A stretch of DNA of 55,305 nt from Batkoa obscura (GCA_030770535.1 JASVEC010000012.1:1302001-1357305); one strand, 5' to 3'. Shown: positions 26,892 through 41,522, counted from the first letter of the stretch. Made by a program: numbers and translations. The notes: a model not told the origin generated them from the letters alone.

Positions 26892-28898
26892 TGTTTATGT
26901 AATATAGTAGATAAGGAATTATATCAAATAACTTAAAGAAGAAACATACATTATTGTGATATTTATATCTTCAAAAAGTTCATATAAATTATTATTTTAA
27001 AACATTAATATTTATATAGCTTATTAGTTTGAATTACTATTTTTTAAAATTAATTTTTAATAAAATTTACTCAGCCATTTTTACATTTAATCGAAAGCTT
27101 TATCTTTATTTTACGATTTAAAGCACCTTGATTTTAATATGATGAAGATCTTTACTAGTATGAACCCTATTTGATTATCACGATTTGTCTCAGTTTTAAC
27201 AAAAACATCAAAATCTTATACTTGTAAGCAAGAGTGTTATAGTAAAAACTACTCCGATATTTTAAAAGTTGAGAGTAATAAATAGTTGTATTATTAACTA
27301 CTACTTATATTGAATAAGAAAATCAACATAATAAATTATACAACATAATTTTGACTTAATTAGTCCTTAGATATTAATACTTTATAGCTATTTACATTAT
27401 GTTTTTTACTTTTTGAAAGCTTACTAACTTGATTCTTATAGCAGTAAATTCATAAAACCTTGTTATGGTTAGAAGCAGAAATAAGTTTTAAATTAAATAT
27501 ATTGTTTTAAGCTGATAAATTTAAAATTAAATTTAAAATATTTTGGTTGTTTTACTCAGATTTTTATAAAATTTATTTGAGGCAATATAATTTTAATAAG
27601 TAATGTTTTTAACAAGCATACCTAAATTCTAATCTTGAAAACAATATCATATTTACTAAAATATTTTATACTATAAAAATTTTAGCTAAACTTCTTAGTA
27701 TATCTATTTGTAAATCAAATGCTATCATTGGGTGACTTTAAAGATAGCTAAGATTGATAGCAATTAATTTATATCTTTTCTATAGATGAGAGCATTAAAT
27801 AGCCATCTAACAATAGTTTTATCAAAAAATTAAGTCATTTGTAGCTGGAAATATTCAAATTTTCACAATTATTCTCAAACTAAACATTAATATTATTTCG
27901 GGATTATATTGTCTTAGTTCAATTTCATAACAAAACCCAACATCCTTGTTCCAGATTGAAAAGTTTGTTTTAAAAAATATTTCGATTTTCCACGCCGCTA
28001 TTTATTTTAAATGATAATGTTTTTATTTCTAAACTTGAATGAATGACTATTGAAAAATTTTGCATTTTAAAAATCCGAAATGAAACAGTATCTTTGAAGT
28101 TCAAATTTACCAGGACTGCTATAAGAATTCTATATAATCAGGGTCTATACCAACAGGTTTATAATAAGCACATTTCAATATAAAGTATTTTTGAAATCAT
28201 AGTTTGAACTTTTGTTAATATTTACTTTCAAAACAAACTCGCTAAACATACATTATTATATTTGTTATCTTGTCATTTATACAAAAAGTTTGGTAATTTA
28301 TGTAAACAATTCAATTTTGTAATATTGTTATCGACAATAGTCTGGATATTATTATTAAATATTTTAAAAAATAGGAAATTGAGTAAAATGAGGGTAACCA
28401 ACTATATTTTGATTGTTGTTTTACAGCAATGGTTTATCTATGTTAAAGTTGATACTAAAGATGATTTAAAGAAACAGTATAAGCCAACATATTGTTTTTT
28501 TAAGCTAATTGATACTATACTATAAACGATACAAGAAAAGGATAAAAGTGAGCAAAAGTAGATGCCGAATTAAAAGTATTCTAATTACTGCTGAAACGAT
28601 GGATGTTTTCATCCTAAACTAGAACACATGAATGTTACATTTAATTTAAATAACTGAATACTAAAAGATCCTAGCAAAAAAAATTAATAGGTTGATGGAA
28701 ATGTTATTAACTTAAACAAATATTTAAAATAAAAGCTTTATTTTAACTTATTAAACATATCCGGTTTTACAACACTAAAAGCTTCACTTGTTAATTTTTT
28801 GGTATTTAGTATTGTAACTTTTATTGATTTATTTAAGTTATTGTTTTTATTGTATACTTATAAAACCAAAGTTCATAAGGAAGTTTTAATTATAATAT

Positions 28899-29100
28899 GT
28901 GGGTGTTTTTTTTGGCTTCATTATTTTTTTCATTTTTTAAGCGCTATTTGGGGATGTATTTTTGTGTTTAAAAATTTTACTAACAATTTTTTTACTCAAA
29001 TAACGCTTAAAAAATGGAAAAAGTAATGAAGCCAAAAAAAACATCCCCATTTGAGCGGAAGGATTGTTAGTAAAATTCTTAAACAAAAAAATACATCCCC
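28899..29100 (-). mobile_element. Family A MITE interrupted by a second family A MITE (inner copy 28950-29048, + strand)
   Basis: Inner 99 bp GGGGATG...CATCCCC flanked by ATTT (28946-49 and 29049-52). Removing it and one ATTT restores a 99 bp copy flanked by ATAT. Confidence 0.88.
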
Positions 29101-29330
29101 ATATATATTCATCATCTTAATTTTTTATAAACATCTATTACATATTAAGAAAACTACAGAAATTTCTCATAATCATGGTATTTATCTAAAGTATATTCAA
29201 TCATTCTTGAATAGTTCATAAATACCAAAGACATGTAATATTATATAGATTAGATATACCTTAATATTTATTTATTCATTGAACTAATTAGGAGTAGGAT
29301 TCATTAAAAAGAGGTTCATGATATCCAATA

Positions 29331-30271
29331 TTAATATTTAGTACCATTCTTGCAAATGGTATCATAGGTACTAAAAATAGCTTCTCTTGCATCTAAAGCA
29401 ATAAAGTAAACGGTAGGAATATCTTTAGCCGTAAACTGAGTCGAATTGTTAGTTAATAAATTGCTGAATTTTTCTACACAAGGGTGGCAAATTAGCTCTT
29501 TTAATTCTTTCTTTTTGCCTTCATCTTGTGGTAAAAAATTGTTTGGATTGGTAGCGTTTAAGTTATTTATCATGTTGGAACCTTTTTCTAATACCTCAAT
29601 ACACCTGTTTTTAATTCCTTTTTCTTTATCCTCTTCAACAATGGCACAGGACAATTGAGCAAACTCTTTATTGGACCAATGTTTATAAGAGGTGAATTTA
29701 GTGGTATAATAAGTGTCGTTCTTCTTCAAATCATCTTTAATAGGGTCAAGGCAAAACTTAGATATCAATTCAGATGATTTAATAGTGCTATCCAGACATT
29801 CTTCGGAACATACTTTTTCTAATGTTGAAAAATAAAGCGAAGTAGATGAATAACATTCCTTCAATTTTGGGATAAAGTTATCTAATATTTTGATAGATGC
29901 TTTACATTCCACCCCTGGGTCTTGAAATACTTGAGCAAACACATTAGCACCAGGCTCAGCAGTCTTATTTCCATTTTTCTCTAAAGTATTAGTAATATTC
30001 TTTTCACTTAAGACTTGGCTAGGGTTTAGAGAATAACTATATCCACTTTTTGGTCGTGGGTTTATTTCCTTCCTTTCATTCTGAGTAATAACTATTGAAA
30101 ATAAAGTTAGTATTACGATTCCTAAACGATTCTAATAAACTCACCATCTAACACTGTTTTAACTTTTACTATATAATTTTGGACTTCATTGTCCAAATTA
30201 ATAGTATCGTTGTATAAAACTGTACTATTTGCTAAAGAAATAACAAAAAAAGTTAACCAGAACTTCAACAT
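29331..30271 (-). CDS. Predicted secreted Cys-rich protein, two exons, unknown function
   Basis: ATG at 30271 MLKFWLTFFVISLA signal peptide; one short GT-AG intron near 30094-30145; C-terminal domain with ~10 Cys. Confidence 0.7.
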
Positions 30272-30640
30272 TATATTAGAAATTATTAAAAATATTAAAA
30301 AAGCTTTAAATTTAATAACTTAACGCTAATATAACTCAAAACTTTATTAGTTCCCAACTCCAATTATGGAATCCCTTAATTTATTTTTATTACATTTAAT
30401 TTTTTTATCCTCTAACTAATTTATTGGGATAAGGTGTGAGTCTTTTTGCTTGAGATATTAATGCTAAAAATAACTGTATAGTTATAATTTAGAGGCTAAA
30501 TTCATATCTGTGTTACTTTTACGCACAGGAACCTCTTTTAAATCATCCTATTTATTACTTGTAATTCAACACATACATTAAAAAGCTAGACTAAAACTAT
30601 GAAGTTTTCCGCTTAGCTCCAGGTTAAGTGTAAGGTTCGT

Positions 30641-30735
30641 ATGAGATTGTCTTTTTTATTTCAATATTTTATTAATATTTTTAAATCCTATGTTGCATAA
30701 AAAATGAACAAATGAAACCAAAAAAGACATCCAGT
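30641..30735 (+). mobile_element. Degenerate family A MITE
   Basis: Ends AATGAAACCAAAAAAGACATCC like the intact copies; the rest is only loosely colinear. Confidence 0.4.
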
Positions 30736-31277
30736 ATAGGTTCAAAATTAAGTAAAAAAAGGGCTAATTCTTAGCATTTACTTGATTGCAAAATTCAAGA
30801 TAAATTAAGATTGAAAAACTAAATCATATAAACCAATTCAAATGTTAACAATATAACGATAATGTACAATAAATTTAATAAAGACAATATTTAAACAGTT
30901 AAAATACGAATAAAGTTAATATAAAAAATAAAGACATATCATTTCAATCCAGCAATAAGCCTCTAGTTTATAAAGAAATAACGAGCGAAACACTTATTAT
31001 ATTTAATAATATTAAAACAAAATTCAACTCAAATATTATGTGATGACAATCAAAACGTAATTGGAGTAATACTTATATGGATTATTGTGATGTTTGAATC
31101 ACAGAAAATCAAATAAGTCAAATTAGGCTTTTATCATAAAAGTATATCATCCTGTTTAGATACAAATAATTGAGAATTGGAATGAATCTTTATATTTTAG
31201 CTTTTCATTTATAAAGTAGAAGAATTTATACAAATTATCAGCGCCTAAGTTGAAGAATACTAGAATGTGTTTAATAT

Positions 31278-33253
31278 TTATTTAAAGACCCGTACTTCCA
31301 AGGTACTGTCAGGAACACTAACACCATAAAATAAAGAGTTTAGTTGTTTCTCTTTATCCTTAAAATCAAAATTAAAGCTTCGAATTAAGTGGGCTGAAAC
31401 TAAATATAAATCCATCCAAGCAAGTCTATCATAATTTAAATTAATACTAATTTTATATAAATAATAAACAAATTACGTTCTCCCAATACAAGCCCTAGGG
31501 CCAATTAGGAAGGGCATAAAATGGCTATTCATTTTAAACTGACCATCTTGGATCCAGCGCTCTGGATTAAACACTTCAGGATCTTTCCAATATTTTGGAG
31601 AATTGTGTAAGGCCATAATATTCACTCCAACAATTATCTATTTTATAGAAAAAAGGATGAATTAGATTATTTAGATTTATAACATAATAAATTTACTTTT
31701 TCAGGTATAAAATATCCATCAATAACCCTCCCACCTCTAGGAGTCACTCTTACCACATTACCTGAAACCACGGGTAATAGCCTTAGGCTCTCGTGTAATA
31801 CAGCAGCTAGATAAGGGCACTCAGATTTGCATTTCGTATAGCTGATGTCTTCTTTGGTTGGAAATGTTTTAATCAATTCTTGCTTTAATTTTTTATAAAT
31901 TTGAGGATGTTGAAGTAGTGAGTAGAAGGTCCTGTTAACTAGTTAAGTTATATAGTCCATATGATTATAATCTAATTTACCAAGTCAATGAGTTGGCTGT
32001 TGTATGTGTTCCTGCAATCCTTTATTATATATTAAAGTTAGATTGTTATATTTTCGAAATTATTTAATAATTACAATTGTAGAATGGATTCCTCTGTAAT
32101 TTGTTTATCCATAAGCATTTCATTCGTTTCTGGATTAATAGGATCACCGAGAGTATTTAAAATAGTTGTGGTTGCAGTTGAGTCTGAGTTTTTAATGGCT
32201 TCATTAGCAAACTAAATTATCTATTAATACTGTAAACTTAGTGTATTATTACTAAAGTTACTTGATATAAATTTCTGATACTATTGAATTTAATTTTCTT
32301 CAAAAAAGGAAACATTGTTAACTATAATTGATGTTACAACAACTTAGTATATTGTGATATAATATTTACCACAACAGTTAAGTTGAATACATTTTTGATC
32401 CAATTTAAAACTGGATGGCCTTCTTTTTTGATCATGTTAAAACTATCTCCGAACGTGATAGTATAAATTACATCCTAAGAATATATATGAATGATATAAT
32501 AAAATAATGACTTGACTTACAAATGAAAAGCAGTTAAAGTAGTTAACCAAATCAAAAGCATAGTCTTGCTTATAAAAACTGGTTATCTTATCCATAAGGT
32601 CGTTTGCTTTTAAATTGATGACAGGCTCAAAAGACTCAATAATTTTATCCGAAAAAAATCGTGATAACGCTTTTCTCTATAGAAGTCAATGTCAGCTATT
32701 ATAATAAAATATAATAATTTATACTCACCCTTTTCTTATGAAACTCTTTATTCCTAAACTCAATAATGTTTAATATCACTCATTTATCCATAGTGGTAGT
32801 CTGTTACCTAGTACTAAAAATAGTTTCTCCAACTACTTGGAACGCTGAATAAAATTTAGTTTTTGGAAAATCATAAGTAGAATAGATTTGTTTTGATGCA
32901 GCTTCTGAGTCGAAAGATACCATACTCCAACCTTTTAATGTAAAGTTGTCATTTCGGTTTTTGGCAAATAAATGATAACTATTTTACCTACTCGCACCAC
33001 ACTACCATATTGCTTATGTAAGTTGTAAATCAATATATGTCCTTGGCCAAGGATAATATGATAATATATGATGATAGGGAACAATTGATACAATAGTGGA
33101 CCGGGAAGCTTACGCAATGGAGTAATAAATAGAGAATGGACGACCTAATAAGAGTTAGCTTTTATCCATTTTTTGAGTTTTAAAAGTGTTTACGTTATAT
33201 GCCCAATATAGTAATGGTGTAATCGATAGTGTTAGGAGGATGTGGGTTAGCAT
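31278..33253 (-). CDS. Cytochrome P450, multi-exon
   Basis: N-terminal anchor, PLRKLPGP, I-helix IAGTHTT, ExxR (HESLRL), PERW, heme motif FLIGPRACIG. Confidence 0.93.
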
Positions 33254-33978
33254 TGGGATTAGCTTTGCTTTAGCCAATTCTAAAGTTCAAACGAGGTATT
33301 TATACAATAATTTGTAAATCATTTTATTCAGGAATAACAGGATGCTATTCTTTTAGTTTTATGCTTTACGCTTTAAATTTTTTAGTAAGTTAAATTATCG
33401 CGTTTATTTTCAAAATTGGCTCACCATATAATATTGAGGGAAAATACTTATAACGTACAAATATAAAATGAAACCAATGGCTTATTTTTGGAGATAAGGT
33501 AAAACTGATAACTGTCAAAGCTTAAAAATACTTTTATTTATTAAAAAGTAACCAAAAATATCTCTTTCTAACTTTGTTCACTTCTTAAATTTAAAATTGG
33601 TAGTTGTTGTTTATAGTTTAAACAAAAAAGTACGCCTGTATATATTATAGCTTACATCTATAAATTTACGATTCAAGCTGATGAGAAATGGTAAATTACA
33701 GTAATAGTGTTATTAAAAGTATATCGTTTCTTCAAAAATATATGATAGGAACTGGTGTTCTATCAAATACAGCCTGTTAAGCTACTTATCCTTGAATAAA
33801 AATAAATAAATATCAAATGATAACTTGTAATAAGTGAATTTCAAACAACAAATTTGATTGGTCAAATTTGATTCTATAGTTTATTTTGGATAATCAAAAA
33901 TAGTAATAGTTTAAAAAAATATAAGTAAATTATTATTATTTTAATATATCCATCTTTCGTTGTTGTTTTTATTTATTA

Positions 33979-35218
33979 ATGGACTTGATTTACATTTATG
34001 ACGATAATGGTCAAATTTATCCAACTTTTGCTTTTAACCTCGTCCTTAACACCAGCTCAATTGTTGGAGGTTTAATAGTAGTAATCACATCAATTGTAAT
34101 AATGTTTAAAAAGGAAGGGTTGTTTGATAGGGTATCTATCCGTTTATCTACAATCATTTCATTAAATGATATTATACGCTCAGGGGTTATTATCTTTTAC
34201 AATAAACATGAAGAATCAGGTGCAATCTGTGAAGCAACAACTATATCGTTGACTTTTCTTACCTTAGTTTATATATTCTTATATATTTTTATGGCGTTTA
34301 ATTCGCAATTAATAATAATTCATGATAAAGAGCTAAGTCCCAAAAGAGAATATTTTTATTGGGGTATAACAATTGCATTTTCATTTATATTGGCTATTTT
34401 ACCTTATGGTGAGTTGTTATTTATAATACGGTGTAAAAAAAAATTAACTGTTTGATAGCATATGGAATAATAGGGTATGACACTACTCTTAAGTCCTGTT
34501 TTTTTAAAGATTTTAAAGGGAAAAATTTTGTTTGGTTAGTAACATCTTACCTACTTTGGGTTATTTTTGGGTGTTTTTATTGTATGGTAATAGCAATATT
34601 AACTATCTTTAATATTGAGAAAAAAACGAAAAGCATTGTGAATAAAATTTACAAAGAATCAAATCATATCGACTTGGTTTCTTCAATGCAGATAGATAAA
34701 GAGCTTTATAAAATATTACGAAAGCTTAACAACAGAATGTAAGGCATTTCATTTTCATATAATCTTATCTAATTCAATAATAGCTCTTTGTATTGCTTTA
34801 TACCTACCATTACACATTTGGGGTTTGCGGCTAATTTAATATATTTGTATTCTGTTAAAGAATATAGCACGGTTTTGCTGTGGTGGTCAATTGTAGGAAC
34901 TGGTAAAATACATATTGTTTTATATACCTGATTTTGATCTTTTTAGGTTTATCAGGTTTATTGAATTTAATAGCTTTCTGCCTTGATCCTTCATTACATG
35001 CGTCATTAATTAAAATAAGGGGACATTATAATCATACTTTAAAGACCAGAAGCTTAATCCAAGGTGTTACGTTAGTTAGTAAAGATCCAGAACTTTCTCC
35101 AAAATGTACATTCCGTAACTTAAACGACTCAATCAGGCATCAACCAAGTTCCAAATCCGACCTCGAGTCTTATTACTTTTCCTCTAATCTTGTTAGTGAC
35201 TTTATCAAATCTATTTAA
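33979..35218 (+). CDS. Seven-transmembrane GPCR, cAMP-receptor-like, paralog 2
   Basis: Exons 33979-34408, 34459-34738, 34784-34902, 34947-35218; DRVSIR, GCFYC, SLYCFIP, WWSIVGT, GLLNLIAFCLDPSL. Confidence 0.8.
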
Positions 35219-35670
35219 TAATTAATGTAGTTTAAGTGAGTGATCAGACGGTTTTGATTTTTGATTTATATGACTTTCTTATTCTTAAACCTCTATAAAT
35301 GATGTATATGTAAAAATTAAATTGTAAATCTATTTTTTTATGATTTGTATGAAAAATGCTAAGTTTTATCTGTCATTTTGTCGCTTGAACACTTATTTTG
35401 AACCTCGATTATTCACCTTGTAACCTAAATCAATAAAATAGGTTCTTTATCATAATTAGTACTATATACATTGATGTCATACATAAAAACTAGAATTTAA
35501 TTTAAAACTATGCTGATAATAAATGAATTGCAAAATTTTAAAGTACAAATATGATAACAACTAAACTGATTGGTTACTAACAATAAAAACTCGAACGCCA
35601 CCTAAAGAAAGACAAAATGAACTGACTAAAAACTTTTAAGTTTAAAGCAATAATTGCTAATTACAAAAAA

Positions 35671-37049
35671 ATGTCAGTGGTCGTAAGTTACAATAATAAA
35701 CTATACTAAGGACAGCAATAACATTCAATATAGAGTTTATTAGGCTTTGGTCCAGGGGCAGATATTGATATTAAATTTAAAGGAGAGACTAATAGACAGA
35801 AGGTAGATGTCAAAGTAGATAAAGATAAAAGAGAAACTCTTCCTCTATATTTTGATGGGGAAAGTGTTGCTGGGAAGGTAAAACTAGTTTAGGATAGTGA
35901 TTTTTGGCATTTATATTTCAAGATTACCATTAAATTGAATGGCGGAAAAAGACTTCAACATAACGGGATTAAAGTGGAACTCGTTGGGTTAATAGGTAAA
36001 TAGCCATATTTTTCATCTAATTCTTATTAAAAATATAGAAATGTTTTACGACCGTGGAAATCATTATGAATTCACTTCATTAGTTCAAGAACTTTGTGCA
36101 CCTGGAGAATTGAAAGATACCACTTCTTTTGACTTTGAATTTAAAAATGTTGAAAAACCATACGAGTCATACCATGGGATCAATGTCAAATTGAGGTACC
36201 TTAAACTAAATTTTATTCTCTATTATATTTATAAAAGTAGATATTTTGTCCGTGCCGTAGCTTCTAAAAGACTATCAAATTTAGTCAAAGAAAGAGACAT
36301 ATGGGTCCATTCTTATAATTTGCCAGCTGAACTTAACAATACCATAAAGATGGAAGTTGGTATAGAAGATTGTCTTCATATAGAATTTGAATATTCTAAG
36401 TCCATGTAATTAAATTATCTTAAAAAAATTTATTTTAAAAAAAATTACTAGGTATCATTTAAAAGATGTTATTGTTGGGAAGATATACTTTTTGTTGGTC
36501 AGAATTAAAATTAAACATATGGAACTATCCATTATTAGGAGAGAAACAACTGGAGCACGTAAATAAATTTATATCTATTTAAACTACAATAAGCTAATTC
36601 GTTTAGCACCAAATCAATATAATGAAAGTGAAACTATAACCAAATTTGAGATAATGGATGGAGCCCCTGTTAGAGGTAAATATTAAATTAGAAACTACTA
36701 TTATTATTTATATGTCCTAAAATGTTATTTTAGGTGAAACCATTCCAATTCGTTTATTTATGGGTGGTTTTGAACTTACTCCAACTTACCACGATATCAA
36801 TAAGAAGTTTTCAACTCGCTATTATTTAAATTTAGTATTGATTGATGAGGAAAACAGACGTTATTTTAAACAGCAAGAAATTACTGTATATCGTAAAAGG
36901 GGTAATATATGAATACATATTTTATTAGCTTATTAACTCTATTGTTAGAACAAACTGCAGAAATTGAGCCTCAAGTTCAACAAGCTATCGAAAATGGCAC
37001 TACAAATCATCAAGAAACTGCTGAAACAGATTCCGATGATGATTTATAA
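35671..37049 (+). CDS. VPS26: Retromer subunit Vps26
   Basis: PLYFDGESVAGK, FYDRGNHYEF, FEFKNVEKPYESY.GINVKLRY, IKMEVGIEDCLHIEFEY, KFEIMDGAPVRGETIPIRLF, YYLNLVLIDEENRRYFKQQEI. Confidence 0.96.
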
Positions 37050-37935
37050 ACAAGTTGAAAGATAATATGCAATTCTATTACTTTAGTCAGATCTATTTTA
37101 TAAACTTAATGCTTATTTTGGCTATTCATTTGATAATGATATAAAAACTAGTTTAAATTTTTATTTGTAATTTTTTAAAGTTGATTGTTAAATTATTGTT
37201 TATATTATAAATTATCATATTATTAGTAGTAAAAACCAATTTGCTAATTTAGATTCGATATCACTCATCAATCGTTTTTAGGTTTTATTTATAAATAATC
37301 AATTGGAATAAATGATTATAAAATCAATATAATAAAATAATAACTCCACAGGTTAAAGGATGAGAATACAATTTTTTCTATTTAGATAAATTGTTTTTCA
37401 TTTTTACTGATTAGCTTATTTTGATTTATTTACTATCTTTTAATTGTTTTTATTTCCATCGCCTATAAATACAATATTGTTAATCACTTGAATAAAATTC
37501 ACTTGTTCTAGATATTACCATAAAAATATATTATTTTATGTGATAATATATAAGTTTTGACTACGATTATTAGCTTTATTTATTAAGTTTAAATAACTAA
37601 AGGATAAATAGGGGTTAATGGGATTAGCGATGCTTAGGAATTCGACAAATACGATGAGCAATCTAACAAAAGATGAGTAGCATTAATAAAGATTATTAGT
37701 TAATGGTGACTATACTAATTTATACTAGCAAATGTTTGATTAATATCAAAATAAATTAATAAACTCCTTTTAGAACTAATAAAGGGCAAAAATAGCTTTG
37801 TATATATGAAATATGAATAAACTTTATTAAGTACTATTACAATTAAAATATCAAATCAAAAAGATAAAGGTTATATAACAGATTGTTTCTAAAGAAATAG
37901 CGTAGATGTAAATTAATGAATAAACTTTATACTTT

Positions 37936-40900
37936 TTATGACAAATTCAAAGTCTCATCTTGTTGATGAATTGAAGCTAAAGCTTGAGGATCATGCAAAA
38001 TAGAGTGAAGAGCATTTGGAGCTAAATAACCTAAATCGTCTAATAGAGGATTAGCTTTGGCTGGGTAAAGGGTATTATTGTCTCTCAAATGACATAAAGT
38101 TTTAATTAATAACTTTCTCTTATCCCTTTCAAAATCGACCCATCGTTTCATAATAATATGGCTGGAATCAAACTCTCCTTCCTTTTTACCATGATCTTCA
38201 CTTTCACTACTCTCACCTTGCACCATTCTGGTTTGACCCCATGAAAAGTCATCAAAGTGCCAGTAAGCATATACAGGTAATACGAAATTCCAGATTGGTA
38301 AACTAAGCAAATAAACCAACATCCATCCCACATACACCATTTTGCGGGTAGTAAAAGTAATAAGTACCGCAGGTAAACCAAGAATGGCAGCCAATAAAAG
38401 TAAAGGTATGATAGGGACTGGTTTGACAAAGAAAGAGATAACAATAAGATAAAGAGTAAAAGTGATAGCCGCAGGTAATACAACAGTACCCACTAATTCC
38501 ATAAAAATAACAAATTGCATACTAAAGCAAAAAGTACCACACAAGTCTCTTATCAATACTAATTCTAATAAATTGTGCACAGTAGAATTAATCCATCGTC
38601 GACGTTGAGATAACAATACTTGAAACTCGTCAGGTACAATGGTTTTACATATGGCTTGAGGTACAAACAGCATTTTACGCTTTGGAAAGGTACGGAGCAT
38701 TAAAGTGGTCAAGTAACGATCTTCACCAAGTAATAATAAATTTTTCTTATGGAGAGTATCAACCACATTCTCAGAATAATTTTCAACAATGTCTGGGTTA
38801 GCTAAAATAGGTACCCAATAACCATGGCGTCCTTTAGGTGCTTTGATACGATACATACAAAAGCAGCCTGGTAAACAAGTAACACCACCAAAGATAGACT
38901 CAAAAGCTTTCGATAAATGGTGAGAGATATAATATTCAAAAACTTGAATCATTGTCACCCAACTTTGAGTTTTATTCGCTATCTTTGTTTCACCACATAA
39001 ACCCATCACAGTCACATCCTTTACCATAACAGCGACCATCTTAGTTAATGAATCAGGATATACTTTAGTATCTGCATCCACCATTAACACTATCTCATAA
39101 GAATCTGGTGGAATACCAGTGATACCCCACATTCCGTTAAACATTTCATAATCTAACTCACTCAACCTTTCATCAAACATAATTCTTTGTAAAAAGGCCA
39201 TTAAGATAATCTGGCCATCTCTTTTACCACGGTTACCTGGTTTACTCTGTCCTCTTTCTTCTTCCGTACCCACCTTAACTATCAATATCATTGGTACTTT
39301 TACTTGCAATTCTTTTATGACAGTGCTATCATCGTAGTTGTAATACCCTGAGTATACTTTGGCCATATTATGTCTCTTTTTACCATCTGCTAAAGCAACA
39401 TAAGAATGTGCTTTGACTTTTTCAGGCGGGATTAAAAAATCTTTCATCATTGATAAACAAATGTCTGGGGTAGATTGTTCATTCCCAGCACCAGTAATAA
39501 TACCATCGCATACAACATATAATAGTTTGTGAGAAGAAGGATAGTCTGTTAATGCCAAAGAGTCAAAAGTAGTCCTTAACCCTTTTACACCTTCAGAATA
39601 GCAGGTAACTAATAGTAAAGTGTGTGCTAATGCGAAATTATAAGGTTGGAAGTTTAAAGGAGGAGGAAGGGGAGTACGATGTCTGCTTTTTATGATATCC
39701 ACTAAGGGACTGTTTAGATTTTCACTTAAATCTTCTAATGATTCGGTATTGGAAGTGGAATAATAATTAGATACCTTTGTACTGTTGTTGTTGTTGCTAT
39801 TTACCATTGAAGATGAAGAGATAGATAATCTTGAATTTGAAGCTTGGTTGCTATTTAAAAATAGCTTACTTTTACTGCTTCTTATTCCTGGTGCTTCACC
39901 AGGTAAAGGAATAGAAAATCTAGATGTTTGAGGCAAAAAGGAGGATCTTTTTAGGCTGTTGGTATCCGGTGGGTGGTTTAATGAATTGTTAATGTTAGTT
40001 GTTGAAAATCTTGCTCTATCTATAATAACCGGATTCATTAAATCATGGTAATTATTACACCAATTTTCGATTAATTCTAATCTTTTGTGCCTCTCTTCTT
40101 TCGTTTCTTCATGGATTAAACCCAATTTGCGTGATAGCACCCAACCAAAAAATAAGGCCATAAAGAATTTACATAACACAACACCGATAATAACTATTAA
40201 TGACATGTACAATATAATGTTTGAAGAAATACATCCAATAGATTGAGTATCTAACACGCCAATTTTTAGTATCTGTTCCATACACAAACCCAACTCTAAA
40301 TTTTGATTTGCTAACAAATAACTAACATCTTTGTTACGTATTTCCTTAGCATTGTTCAACATCATCTCAAACTCGCTATTCAATTGTATATCACTCAATA
40401 GATAATCTAACCTATTCATATCTAAAATACTCCCATTAAAGATCAAATATCTTTGACTACTTTTTTTAATGTCATCCCAAGTAAAGTATAGTTGGCCCAT
40501 AAATTTCAAAGACTTCAATGCTTTATTAACATCCACGTTCAAATGACACCCCACTCTTTCAGCATTCGTATCCTTGTTTATATTACTGTTCACCACAGTA
40601 CAAGGGAAATAAGTTACAGGGTATTCATTAGGTTGGGAAGGGTTCTTTAAAGAGATAAATGATTTACAATGCCTATTTGTCGTTTGAAAATAGAAAGATA
40701 AATCTTTTCCATAATAATCTGCCAAATTACTACCCTCCGGAAACATTTCATTGGCACTATGAATATATTTAGATAAGTTGTACACATTCCCATTAACAAC
40801 AACTTGTGACCCACCTAAGCCATCTTTGGCTGGTATTCTTAATAGTTCATTACTATTACACAATACAGACTGCAGTCCAAAAGTCAAAAACCCGACACCT

Positions 40901-41522
40901 AAACATAACAAAACAATGATGGTCACTAACCCCATCTTTTCTCTCCAAGCTTGCTGCATCATTGGATCTTTTTTACCAAGCATGGCTAGTAAAAAGTTAG
41001 GAGCATAAAAAGTAACAGCATAACAAAATATATTCCAAAGGGATGGAAAGTTAGATTTAATAGAGTTCATATAATTGTTTGCATAATAACTATTAGTTAG
41101 AGTAATGTCTTCTTTGGAACTAGATTTAATTGGGTTTAAATGAGCATGTGCGTTATAGCGTCGACTTGCCCCACGCATAAAATCTTTTTTAAGACTATGC
41201 TTACGTTTATCAATAGTTTTCATTCTCTCTATTAAGTTTAAGCTTTTTTTATTGTTTTTTAAAGCATCATTGTGGCTCAAGGTCTTAATTAAACTAACTT
41301 GATGTTGCTCACCACCCTTACGACTCACTTTACGCTGTATCTCTTCCGATATTATCCTCTTTATTGCTAAAGGACTCTCTTTAATAGTGACATTATCGGG
41401 AACCTTCAATTGATCTAGATATAATGATTAATATATGAATTAATATGTTATAATGTTGCGTTGTGATTACCTTCAATCAATTTTTCATTCGGATTGTTAC
41501 TATCCTTTTCTTTATCCATCAT
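37936..41522 (-). CDS. Chitin synthase, class IV (Chs3-like)
   Basis: Short first exon (41522-41471) plus one large exon; AWREKMGL, b5-like region, TCYSEG, KPGNRGKRD, LGEDRYLT, QRRRW, WHFDDFSWG. Confidence 0.95.

Noticed and set aside
28140..28160. VGIDP as a TnpB/Fanzor RuvC-I motif
   Set aside because: Lacks the following Gly, the ORF is closed on both sides, and no other RuvC or zinc-finger motifs were found.
28799..29026. 75 aa hydrophobic ORF
   Set aside because: Runs through the T-rich nested MITE; non-ATG start.
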